DNA of 52,276 bases from the IMG/VR virus record IMGVR_UViG_3300017909_000880, positions 1 to 52,276 of that record, one strand, 5' to 3'. The translations under genes were made by a program, and so were the position numbers. This document shows positions 18,822-27,479 of the stretch, in pieces (position 1 is the first letter of the stretch; each line of letters opens with the position of its first letter). Source of the stretch: a virus (taxonomy: Duplodnaviria; Caudoviricetes). The notes beneath the pieces were generated by a model. That model had not been told where the DNA came from and made no database searches. It was given only the letters and a program-made list of their open reading frames with translations.

Positions 18822-19157
18822 ATGACCGTTTATATCGTCCAAGAAGTTCCTGGAAGGAACCTTGTCCCTGCCGCTAAATACGGCGAGCTGGAGTTATTAC
18901 TCCCAGCTAAAACTAATCTCATGCTTTCTACTGGTCCTGAAGTAGCTAGGATCAAACGGAAGCTATTAGATTTTAACGACGACGATTATCTATTGCTAAT
19001 AGGTGATCCCGCCGCTATCGGATTATGTTGCGCTATAGCAGCATCTATCAACGGTCGGTTTTCTGTCCTCAAATGGGATAGACAGGAAATGACCTACTAC
19101 CCCGTATCCTTCGATATCCGAGGGAACGCAACGGACTTAGGAGAAGTCTATGTCTGA
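18822..19157 (+). CDS. Conserved hypothetical phage protein
   Basis: RBS AAAGGAG; DYLLLIGDP and LKWDRQ motifs. Confidence 0.7.
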   Translation: MTVYIVQEVPGRNLVPAAKYGELELLLPAKTNLMLSTGPEVARIKRKLLDFNDDDYLLLIGDPAAIGLCCAIAASINGRFSVLKWDRQEMTYYPVSFDIRGNATDLGEVYV

Positions 19158-19728
19158 AGAAGAAAACGCTTTGTCATTTGAAGAACTGACAGGTGCAGCC
19201 TCGCAAGAGGAATGGAACGAAACGACACTCGATAATGAGTTCGCTAAGATCAGCGATACTGCATTAAAAATGCAAGAGCTGCAAAAAACAATAGGTGCCC
19301 TTGAAGAAGAGCTGAAGCGTAATAAAGAACTACTGCGTGTAGTCGAAGAAACTGAATTACCTGAAGCGATGCAAGCTGCAAACCTACAAGAAATAAAGTT
19401 AACCAACGGTGCGAAAGTAACCATATCTCCTTTCTATAAAGGATATATCTCGGAAAAGAACCGAGCAGCAGCGCACGAATGGTTACTCAATAACCAACAC
19501 GGTGGGATTATTAAACACGAAGTGCTTCTCAAGTTCGGCAAGGACGAGGGAGAGAAAGCACAAGACGCCGTGCAAAGTCTCAAACAGAAAGGGTTAGACC
19601 CTGCTGTTAAAGAGAGTGTTCATCCACAAACGCTTAATGCATTTGTGAAAGAACAACTGACGAGTGGGAAAGACCTTCCTGCTGATTTATTCGGGGTTTA
19701 CGTCGGATCCCGCGCCAAACTTAAGTAG
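19150..19728 (+). CDS. Hypothetical replication-module protein
   Basis: RBS AGGAG; coiled coil then VHPQTLNAFVKE motif. Confidence 0.7.
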   Translation: MSEEENALSFEELTGAASQEEWNETTLDNEFAKISDTALKMQELQKTIGALEEELKRNKELLRVVEETELPEAMQAANLQEIKLTNGAKVTISPFYKGYISEKNRAAAHEWLLNNQHGGIIKHEVLLKFGKDEGEKAQDAVQSLKQKGLDPAVKESVHPQTLNAFVKEQLTSGKDLPADLFGVYVGSRAKLK

Positions 19729-19736
19729 AGGTATAT

Positions 19737-20525
19737 ATGGCTAGTAAGCAAGTAAAAGAAGCTGAGGCTTCTGATTTAATCCCTTTCGATGACGATCTGT
19801 TATCTCAAGGGACTGGTTTAGAAGAAGCGAGTGCGGATGATTATGCGATCCCGTTTTTACGGGTTCTACAATCAATGTCCCCACAACTTAAGAAAAGTGA
19901 CGGTAAATATATACAAGGAGCCGAAGAAGGTAACTTGTTTAACACCGTTACCGAAAGTGTGTACGATGGGACGGAGGGCGTTATTATCATCCCATGCGCG
20001 TACAAAAAGAAATTTATCGAATGGATTCCACGGGAAAGTGGTGGCGGGTTCGTTGATGATTCCCACCCCGCTACTATCCTGAAATCGTGCACGAAAGATG
20101 ATAAAGGACGGTTCATATTAGAAAACGGTAATCAGATTGCAGAAACTGCAGAGTATTACTGTATCGTTGCGCAAGACGAAAACGCCCCAGAGCAAGTATT
20201 ACTTAGTCTTACTTCCTCACAATTAGGGTTTTCCAGACGTTGGAATACGATGCTCAACAACGCTCGCGTACAGAATGCGAAAGGAGAGACTGTTCCGGCT
20301 CCAATGTTTTCGTATATGTATAACCTCACCACCATAGCGCAGTCAAACGATCAGTATAGCTGGATGGGATTATCGGTAGAAAAAAGCAGACCGACTCCTA
20401 TGCCTCTAGCTATGGCGGCGTTAGAGTTTATGAAAGCAGCCCGATCTGGTGCTGTAGAAGTAAGACAAGAACAGGAAGGGGTATCTCCAGCTGACGATGC
20501 AGGAGACGAAGAAGTACCGTTTTAG
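19737..20525 (+). CDS. Putative single-stranded DNA-binding protein
   Basis: IPFLRVLQSMSPQ motif; acidic tail ending DEEVPF, like SSB C-termini; sits before the primase. Confidence 0.6.
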   Translation: MASKQVKEAEASDLIPFDDDLLSQGTGLEEASADDYAIPFLRVLQSMSPQLKKSDGKYIQGAEEGNLFNTVTESVYDGTEGVIIIPCAYKKKFIEWIPRESGGGFVDDSHPATILKSCTKDDKGRFILENGNQIAETAEYYCIVAQDENAPEQVLLSLTSSQLGFSRRWNTMLNNARVQNAKGETVPAPMFSYMYNLTTIAQSNDQYSWMGLSVEKSRPTPMPLAMAALEFMKAARSGAVEVRQEQEGVSPADDAGDEEVPF

Positions 20526-20542
20526 TGGAACGAAGGTGAGCA

Positions 20543-22066
20543 ATGTCATTAGAAGAAGAGTTTGCCCACCGTTTCGCGGGGTTGAGACACGGCTATAGTG
20601 TCTTTACCCCGACGAAAGAAAAACGGGAAGATGGGAAAGCAAAAGGAAAGTATGTAACGATATCACAAACTCTCAACCAGAAAGAATTACAAGCTATCTG
20701 GGGTGAACATTTAAGAGGAGAAAAAGGATTAGGGATAGTCCCGATCGACGAAAACAATACTTGTGTTTGGGGTGCTATAGATATTGACGAGTTCAGTGTC
20801 GACCTCAAAGGACTGGCTAAGAAGTTAAAACAATTTAAGCTACCACTAGCCGTGACTCGCTCTAAGAGTGGAGGAGCGCACGTGTTCTTATTTGTATTTG
20901 ACCCTGTGCCAGCGTCAAGCATGCAAAGAAAGCTACGTCAGATAGCAGCAGCGATTGGGTTCGGACAGTCAGAGATATTCCCTAAACAGACAAAACTATT
21001 ATTGGAAAGAGGGGACAGGGGAAGCTCCCTCAATATGCCGTACTTTGGTGGCGAGGACTCCACTGGATACGGGTTTAGTGCAACAGGCAAAGTGCTCAGC
21101 CCAAAAGAGTTTATTGAGTATGTCGATGGCCTTGTACTAACAGAAGAAGAATTAGAAAAGCTGGAGGTTACTCCAGTCTTACAAGAGCTAGAGTGGATGG
21201 ATCAAGCACCACCGTGTCTTGAACATCTAATAGCTCAGGGCTTTCCGAAAGGAATGAGAAACTCAGGTCTGTTTAACGTCGGTGTTTTTCTTAGGAAAAA
21301 GTATCCAGACGATTGGGAATCTAGACTCGAAGACGCAAACCATAAACACTTTAACCCACCGTTGAGTGCTACAGAAGTGTTAGGGGTCGCTAAACAAGTA
21401 CAGAAGAAAGATTACTTCTACAAGTGTAATGACCAACCGATAGCTGGACACTGTAATAGTCCACTATGTAGGACAAAGAAATATGGTATCGGTGCATCAG
21501 GAGGTACGCCGTTATTTAGTAATCTGACTAAACAGAATAGTGATCCGCCAATCTGGTTTTTAGATGTTGAAGGCGGTAGATTAGAACTCGAGACTGAAGA
21601 GCTGCTAAACCAGACACGATTCCAACGGAAGTGTATGGATAGCCTAAACATTATCCCACCGAAAGTACGGGACAATGTATGGCGCACGATCATACAACAG
21701 CTTCTCGATACGCTAACAATTATCGAAGTACCAAAAGATGCGTCGACCGAGGGTCATTTTAACGAACTGTTAGAAACGTTTTGTACAGAGCGCCCAGCTA
21801 GGGAGCGTGATGAACTGTTGTTAGGTAAGCCTTGGACAGATAACAGCAGGACTTATTTCCGGTTAGCTGATCTTATGGATTTTTTACACCGTAAAAATTT
21901 CAGAGATTACCCTCGTAATAAACTTACAGCTAAGTTGAAGAATATGGGAGGAGACTCACACTTCTTTAATATCAAGGGTAAGGGTGCGAACGTCTGGCAT
22001 ATACCTGAGTTTCAAACACAAACTGAATCTCATACGTTGCCTGAGTTTAACGACTCGCCGTTATGA
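20543..22066 (+). CDS. Archaeo-eukaryotic primase (AEP) superfamily primase with C-terminal helical domain
   Basis: AIDID (DxD), RSKSGGAH (SxxGxH), PPCL...GMRNSGLFN. Confidence 0.8.
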   Translation: MSLEEEFAHRFAGLRHGYSVFTPTKEKREDGKAKGKYVTISQTLNQKELQAIWGEHLRGEKGLGIVPIDENNTCVWGAIDIDEFSVDLKGLAKKLKQFKLPLAVTRSKSGGAHVFLFVFDPVPASSMQRKLRQIAAAIGFGQSEIFPKQTKLLLERGDRGSSLNMPYFGGEDSTGYGFSATGKVLSPKEFIEYVDGLVLTEEELEKLEVTPVLQELEWMDQAPPCLEHLIAQGFPKGMRNSGLFNVGVFLRKKYPDDWESRLEDANHKHFNPPLSATEVLGVAKQVQKKDYFYKCNDQPIAGHCNSPLCRTKKYGIGASGGTPLFSNLTKQNSDPPIWFLDVEGGRLELETEELLNQTRFQRKCMDSLNIIPPKVRDNVWRTIIQQLLDTLTIIEVPKDASTEGHFNELLETFCTERPARERDELLLGKPWTDNSRTYFRLADLMDFLHRKNFRDYPRNKLTAKLKNMGGDSHFFNIKGKGANVWHIPEFQTQTESHTLPEFNDSPL

Positions 22067-23559
22067 CACTAAAGTCAGACGCACAGATAATTCTTGGCCC
22101 TCCTGGGACTGGGAAAACTAGCACACTGCTAGGGTTGTTAGAGGAAGAACTAGACCGAGGTACTTGCCCAGAAGATATCGGGTTCTTCACGTTTACTAAA
22201 CAAGCTGTACAAGAAGGCAAAACGAGGGCGATGTCGCGGTTTGCGATAGGTAATAATGAACTACCGTATTTTAGAACGTTGCACTCACTTTGTTTCTTCC
22301 AGCTAGGTCTAAGTAAAGATAGTGTCTTTTCAGCATCGGATTATAGAGATCTAAACGACAAACTAAATCTAAGACTGACAGGATCGATCAACTCCGAAGA
22401 AGGTCACGTCTCTGGTATTTCAAAAGATGATCGACTACTGTTCATAGAAAACTTATCTCGTATGAGACAGGTTAGTTTAGAAAGCCAGTGGCACGACTCA
22501 GATGATGCAGTCGGCTGGTTCGAGTTAGAAAGATTCTCTCGAGGATTAGAACTGTTCAAGAAAGACAGAATGCTAATCGACTACACCGATATGCTGAACT
22601 TGTTTCTGACTAGAGGTAGAGCACCGAAGTTAGATGTAATGTTTGTAGATGAAGCTCAAGATCTATCCCCATTACAGTGGGCGGTGGTGAGAAAGCTATG
22701 TGAATCTGCAGACCGGATATATATTGCTGGGGATGACGACCAAGCAATCTATCGTTGGGCTGGTGCAGATGTTGATTACTTAATTCGTAATTCAAAAGAT
22801 GCAATGGTGCTCAAACAGTCCTACAGAATCCCTAAATCTATTCATACCCTTGCCGAGCGTTGTATAGGACAAGTCGGAGCGCGAGTACACAAAACTTGGA
22901 ACCCTAGAAAAGAGGAAGGACACGTTTCTTGGGAACCGTCTTATGAATCTATAAACATGGAAAGCGGTGAGTGGTTAGTGCTTGCTAGGACGAACTACCT
23001 GCTGAACGGTATCGAGGAGCACTGTCGTTCGGAAGGATGGTTTTATAAAAACAAAAATAGAGCCAGTGTTTCCGAAAAGAAGATAATGGCAGTGCGATCT
23101 TGGGAGAACTTTAGGAAGGGTGGTCTTATCCCCGTCATAGAACTTACCAAAGTCTTAAATTATTTAAAGATTCGGGTACCTAGTTCCCTAGAGATGATCG
23201 ACTTTGATACTAATGTTTCTTTCGAACAGGCTAAGAAACACGTTCCTATGCTTGAGAACGAATACTGGTATGACGCTTTCGTGGGTGTTTCGGTATCTGA
23301 GCGAAGTTATATCCGAGCGATGCTCAGGAGAGGAGAAAAAATCACTAAAGAACCAAGAATCAAATTATCCACTATCCATGCTGCTAAGGGAGGCGAAGCA
23401 GAAAACGTGATTCTGCTTACCGATATCTCTAACAGAATTTATAAATCGTTCCAAAGTAACCCTGACGATGAGTCAAGAGTGTTTTACGTTGGACTAACAA
23501 GAGCAAAGGAGAACTTGTTTTTAATTGAGCCGCAAACTCAAAAGTATTTCCCCCTTTAG
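22063..23559 (+). CDS. UvrD/Rep-like SF1 helicase
   Basis: GPPGTGKT, VDEAQD, GDDDQAIY, STIHAAKGGE, YVGLTRAK. Confidence 0.92.
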   Translation: MTLKSDAQIILGPPGTGKTSTLLGLLEEELDRGTCPEDIGFFTFTKQAVQEGKTRAMSRFAIGNNELPYFRTLHSLCFFQLGLSKDSVFSASDYRDLNDKLNLRLTGSINSEEGHVSGISKDDRLLFIENLSRMRQVSLESQWHDSDDAVGWFELERFSRGLELFKKDRMLIDYTDMLNLFLTRGRAPKLDVMFVDEAQDLSPLQWAVVRKLCESADRIYIAGDDDQAIYRWAGADVDYLIRNSKDAMVLKQSYRIPKSIHTLAERCIGQVGARVHKTWNPRKEEGHVSWEPSYESINMESGEWLVLARTNYLLNGIEEHCRSEGWFYKNKNRASVSEKKIMAVRSWENFRKGGLIPVIELTKVLNYLKIRVPSSLEMIDFDTNVSFEQAKKHVPMLENEYWYDAFVGVSVSERSYIRAMLRRGEKITKEPRIKLSTIHAAKGGEAENVILLTDISNRIYKSFQSNPDDESRVFYVGLTRAKENLFLIEPQTQKYFPL

Positions 23560-23592
23560 TCCTTTACTTTCAAAAAGGTCTTAAGGTAAAGT
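23557..23592 (+). promoter_or_regulatory. Sigma70-like phage promoter, copy 2
   Basis: TAGTCC-TTTACT-N18-TAAAGT, then RBS AGAAAGGAG; heads the DNA-modification operon. Confidence 0.65.
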
Positions 23593-23617
23593 AGTAACCC
23601 GTAGAAAGGAGAGCTTT

Positions 23618-24118
23618 ATGAACATTTTCGTAACAGAGTCGTGCCCTGTAAAAAGTGCACAAGGTCTATGTGATAAACACATACCGAAGATGGTACTTGA
23701 GTCTGCTCAAATGCTATCAACAGCGTGGAGAGTACATGGAGAAAAATATGCTGAGGATGAAGGGTTGTATAAACAAGCCTATCTAAATCATCCCTGTACT
23801 ATCTGGGCGAGAGCTGAGTTTGAAAACTATATGTGGTTGTTCAAACACTTCGCTGCCTTATGCGAAGAGTACACCCACCGTTTCGGTAAGATTCATGCCT
23901 CTGCTAGGTTGATACCCGCATTGAGCAATGCCCCTACCCTTCTTTGTTCTGAGTCAGATATACCTGACGCACCTAAAACATTCGCATTAGCAATGCCAGA
24001 TGAATATAAAGAAGAAAATGTGTATTCTTCTTACCGCAACTATCTCATTAACGAGAAAAGTCATTTTGCTAAATGGGAAAGAGACCCTTCACGAAAACCA
24101 ACATGGTGGATTAATTAA
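23618..24118 (+). CDS. Pyrimidine-dimer DNA glycosylase / endonuclease V (DenV)-like protein
   Basis: MNIF...CDKH..KM.LE..QML and NHPCTIW motifs. Confidence 0.7.
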   Translation: MNIFVTESCPVKSAQGLCDKHIPKMVLESAQMLSTAWRVHGEKYAEDEGLYKQAYLNHPCTIWARAEFENYMWLFKHFAALCEEYTHRFGKIHASARLIPALSNAPTLLCSESDIPDAPKTFALAMPDEYKEENVYSSYRNYLINEKSHFAKWERDPSRKPTWWIN

Positions 24119-24972
24119 TGGCTTCGATAAGAAAAAAGCTGGAAGAAAACGTCAACAACAGCAAGAACACCCGCATGGATATTGCCAGTGGAAATATGCT
24201 GGGTAACTGGCGGCCTGATGAAATAACGCATATGACGAGGTACGACAAGATTTCGTCGTTATGTATTGGAGAGGCTAACAACCTTGCCAGACCTTTGGAC
24301 GTACTCGAAGCCGGATGTGGAGAAATTTGGGTTCTGCGAAACTTGTACAAAGCCTACACGGTTAAGAAATCAGACATTATCCGTTCTTACCGAGGAGTAG
24401 ACATTGATCCCGTTTGTCTACAAGAAAAGCAAGGCTACAGCAGCCCGACAGGATTAGTCGAGGATTCAACTTGGTTTGCTAATTTCAACGGCAAGATAGA
24501 TATCCAAGATCTAACTACGAATCCTGTGTTTGACTTACCTGATAACTCAATAGATTTCTTTTGGACCACAGAAGTTATCGAACATATGAACCGAGAGTTC
24601 ATCGCTCCATGGTTAGATGACGCTAACAGAGTGTTACGACCAGGAGGATTGATTTACGTTTCTACTCCTAACCATGATGGATCTAACGACAAGTTACCCG
24701 AAGACCATATTTATGAGTGGGGCTTCGAAGAACTAAAAGAAGAACTCACTAGCCGCTGGGAACTACAATCGGTTGTTGGCACGTTTTGTCAAATGCCTAA
24801 GCTCAAGAAAGCTATGCAAAATGATGATCAAGATAAGGCTTGGCGATGGTGGCCAGATCAGTTCGAGCTTCTTCAAGAACGATACGGTAAACAATTCTTA
24901 CGAGTAGTTGCCGCGACATTCTACCCAGAAGTCTCTAACAACTGTGCGTGGATTCTGAGAAAGGCTAAATGA
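24118..24972 (+). CDS. Class I SAM-dependent methyltransferase, small-molecule type
   Basis: VLEAGCG (motif I), GVDID, EVIEH, VLRPGG...STPN; no DPPY/NPPY or PCQ DNA-MTase motif. Confidence 0.85.
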   Translation: MASIRKKLEENVNNSKNTRMDIASGNMLGNWRPDEITHMTRYDKISSLCIGEANNLARPLDVLEAGCGEIWVLRNLYKAYTVKKSDIIRSYRGVDIDPVCLQEKQGYSSPTGLVEDSTWFANFNGKIDIQDLTTNPVFDLPDNSIDFFWTTEVIEHMNREFIAPWLDDANRVLRPGGLIYVSTPNHDGSNDKLPEDHIYEWGFEELKEELTSRWELQSVVGTFCQMPKLKKAMQNDDQDKAWRWWPDQFELLQERYGKQFLRVVAATFYPEVSNNCAWILRKAK

Positions 24973-25874
24973 CAAACTTCATCCCCGCAGAAGTTGATCG
25001 TTATGTTTATTGGATAGAAGAACGTGAACGTATCCGTCATCTAAAAGAAGAGGTTCGACAAGAACCTCCTTGGACGATGGATCCGATACTTCGAGAGTTT
25101 AAATTCTGTCAAGTATTCCGAGAGGACGATAGAACTACTCGCTGGTTTCGACACCATATTCGAGAGCCGTTGAGAAACGATCCTGAAGTGTTTATGGCGA
25201 CAGTCGCGTTTCGATTTTTCAATCTGATTGAGACAGGTGAGACGTTGCTCGACCACAACTTACACATCGAGTGGGATCGAGAAAAAGCGATCCAAGAAAT
25301 TAGAAAGCAAAACAAGTGGGTTACTGGGGCGTATATCGTTAAGAGTCCGAATCGTATGGACAAAGTTACAGGAGTAGCTGAGTGCGTATCACATATTTGG
25401 GCAGAGCGTGATCGAATACTAAAAGATTTCTCTCACCTCAAATCTTTATGTGATGCGTGGAATTACTTACTGAGGTTTCCGTACATTGGACCATTCGTCT
25501 CTTATGAGATGGTTACTGACTTGCGACATACGCATCTGTTAGAAAACGCAGAGGATATTCTTTCATGGGCTAATGCTGGCCCAGGAGCGATGAGAGGATT
25601 AAACAGATTAACAGGTAGACCTTTGGAGTTTTGTAAACGTAGCTGGGATTGGAACAGCGAGATGCAAGCGTTGTATCAGTGGTGCATAGAACACCTCGAC
25701 CTGAGTAAATTCCACAGACCTTTTGAGATGCGGGAGATAGAGGGCGGTCTATGTGAGTTCGATAAGTATTCTCGAATACTGCACGGACAAGGTCGGACGC
25801 GAAGCGTGTACGACTATTCACAAAAAGATCGACCATTAATTGAAGAGTATGAGAGGAAGAATGGGAAAACTTAA
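24969..25874 (+). CDS. Amino acid:DNA transferase-fold protein (aGPT-Pplase1 / 5-hmdU hypermodification family)
   Basis: PWTMDPILREFKFCQVFREDDRTT, HhH-like IGPFVSYEMVTDL, GPGAMRGL, EIEGGLCEFDKY. Confidence 0.82.
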   Translation: MTNFIPAEVDRYVYWIEERERIRHLKEEVRQEPPWTMDPILREFKFCQVFREDDRTTRWFRHHIREPLRNDPEVFMATVAFRFFNLIETGETLLDHNLHIEWDREKAIQEIRKQNKWVTGAYIVKSPNRMDKVTGVAECVSHIWAERDRILKDFSHLKSLCDAWNYLLRFPYIGPFVSYEMVTDLRHTHLLENAEDILSWANAGPGAMRGLNRLTGRPLEFCKRSWDWNSEMQALYQWCIEHLDLSKFHRPFEMREIEGGLCEFDKYSRILHGQGRTRSVYDYSQKDRPLIEEYERKNGKT

Positions 25875-26100
25875 ACAAGCTATTATAGATCTTGAAAATG
25901 CAGATATAGATTTCGTAATGCACTGTTACGGATCATTCTTAGAATACTGTATAAAAAACAAACGTGCTGCGAATACTTGGTACGATGCGATAGACGCGAT
26001 TCATTGGTCAGCTTACTTAACAGGAAGATTGCATCTAAGCCGTTTACAGATCGAACACATTCTTACATTACGGACGGAGAGTCTTTATGAAAGTTATTGA
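25861..26100 (+). CDS. Hypothetical protein within the modification operon
   Basis: RBS GAGG before ATG25861; overlaps both neighbours. Confidence 0.55.
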   Translation: MGKLKQAIIDLENADIDFVMHCYGSFLEYCIKNKRAANTWYDAIDAIHWSAYLTGRLHLSRLQIEHILTLRTESLYESY

Positions 26101-27157
26101 TGTAAGAAATGTCAACCAAGCCTTTATGTGGGGAATAGATTTATTTAATTCAGAGGCTAATTACCGAGAACAAGAAAGTCGTAACGGGCCAACTAGAGAG
26201 ATCCTGACTCCGGTTACAACGGTGTACTCGCGTCCTTGGCAGAGAGTGCTGTTTCGTGAAGAACGAGACGCTAATCCTTTCTTTCATTTATATGAGTCAA
26301 TCTGGATGTTAGCGGGTTCTCGTAATCTACAGAAGCTGACGCACTTTAACGCAGGGATGGCTAACTTTTCTGATGACAACGAAACCTTGAACGGTTCGTA
26401 TGGGTATCGGTGGAGATATCAGTTTGCGCACGATCAGTTAGTTAGTGTGATCGACATGCTTAAAAGAGATCCTGATTCCCGTCGAGTAGTCTTACAGATG
26501 TGGGACGCTGTTCACGATCTTGACAGCCCAAGTAAAGACATCCCCTGCAACACTAATATCTACTTCAAGATCAGAGATAACAAATTACAGATGACAGTCT
26601 GTAATAGATCGAACGATATGATCTGGGGAGCTTACGGTGCGAACGCAGTACATATGTCTGTGTTACAAGAATATATTGCGGCGGCATTAGAGCTAGAGAT
26701 GGGGCCGTACTATCAGATAAGCGACAGTTTTCATATCTACCTGAATAAAGAGTGGGACAAAGTAAAACATATCGACGGGGCAGATTTCTATGATCGTCAA
26801 TACTGGGATGCAATGGGGTACCCTGACCCCCACTATCCTCTCGTTACTGAAGGACAGGCTGATAACTTTTTACGAGAGTGCGAACAGTTTTTAGCAACGA
26901 TCCCACCTCGACGTGTCGCTGGCAACCCAGAACCTGTAAACGATTGGCCTAATATGTTCGGATCGAGTGGGTACACAAACGAGTTCTTCCCTGAAGTCAT
27001 GATCCCGATGACTCATGCCTATTTAAAACATAAGGAACGGAAGTATGAAGATTGCTATAAATATCTCGGAGACATTAAAGCAGTTGATTGGCAGCAAGCC
27101 TGTTTTACTTGGATCAAACGACGAGAACGTAATTGGAGAAATAAAAATGGGTCTTGA
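26087..27157 (+). CDS. Thymidylate synthase-family enzyme, probable dUMP hydroxymethylase
   Basis: SRNG, YGYRW, SRRVV, DIPCN (catalytic Cys), RSNDMIWGAYGAN, SFHIY; divergent from ThyA PCH/RSCD..GLPFN; next to the hypermodification gene. Confidence 0.8.
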   Translation: MKVIDVRNVNQAFMWGIDLFNSEANYREQESRNGPTREILTPVTTVYSRPWQRVLFREERDANPFFHLYESIWMLAGSRNLQKLTHFNAGMANFSDDNETLNGSYGYRWRYQFAHDQLVSVIDMLKRDPDSRRVVLQMWDAVHDLDSPSKDIPCNTNIYFKIRDNKLQMTVCNRSNDMIWGAYGANAVHMSVLQEYIAAALELEMGPYYQISDSFHIYLNKEWDKVKHIDGADFYDRQYWDAMGYPDPHYPLVTEGQADNFLRECEQFLATIPPRRVAGNPEPVNDWPNMFGSSGYTNEFFPEVMIPMTHAYLKHKERKYEDCYKYLGDIKAVDWQQACFTWIKRRERNWRNKNGS

Positions 27158-27479
27158 TGCTAAGTGGACAGAGATGAAGGATATCGCCCAGCAGGACATT
27201 GTAAGCCTGATCGAATCAGAAAAGTCTTACGGTGATTCTTGGAAACGTAGAGGCGGTACAGGAGCCTTTATGATGCTCGCTCGTAAATTCGACCGTATCG
27301 AACAACAAGCCGAATCTTGTAATTACGATGTGTTCGAAGCAGGAGCTAAGTTCAACGGAGAAGACGGGCTACTCGACGATATCGGAGACCTTAGACGATA
27401 TTTGTTTTTAGTAGAACACCACATTCGATACGGTATACAGGATATTGACCCAGATGCAGATACCACTGATTCAGCCTGA
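27147..27479 (+). CDS. Nucleotide-modification-associated all-alpha NTP pyrophosphatase-like protein (DUF1599/Nmad1-like)
   Basis: KSYGDSW..RG..G....ARKFDRIE and DDIGDLRRY motifs; RBS GGAG before ATG27147. Confidence 0.6.
   Translation: MGLDAKWTEMKDIAQQDIVSLIESEKSYGDSWKRRGGTGAFMMLARKFDRIEQQAESCNYDVFEAGAKFNGEDGLLDDIGDLRRYLFLVEHHIRYGIQDIDPDADTTDSA

Noticed and set aside
24118-24972. Methyltransferase as a Dam/Dcm-type DNA methylase explaining the GATC array
   Set aside because: Lacks the DPPY/NPPY and PCQ/ENV catalytic motifs; motif layout is that of small-molecule class I enzymes
26087-27157. Canonical ThyA or a dCMP hydroxymethylase
   Set aside because: Active-site region differs from ThyA, ends in Asn rather than the Asp of T4 dCMP hydroxymethylase (allowing a one-residue insertion), and the gene neighbours a thymidine hypermodification gene; not formally excluded without assay
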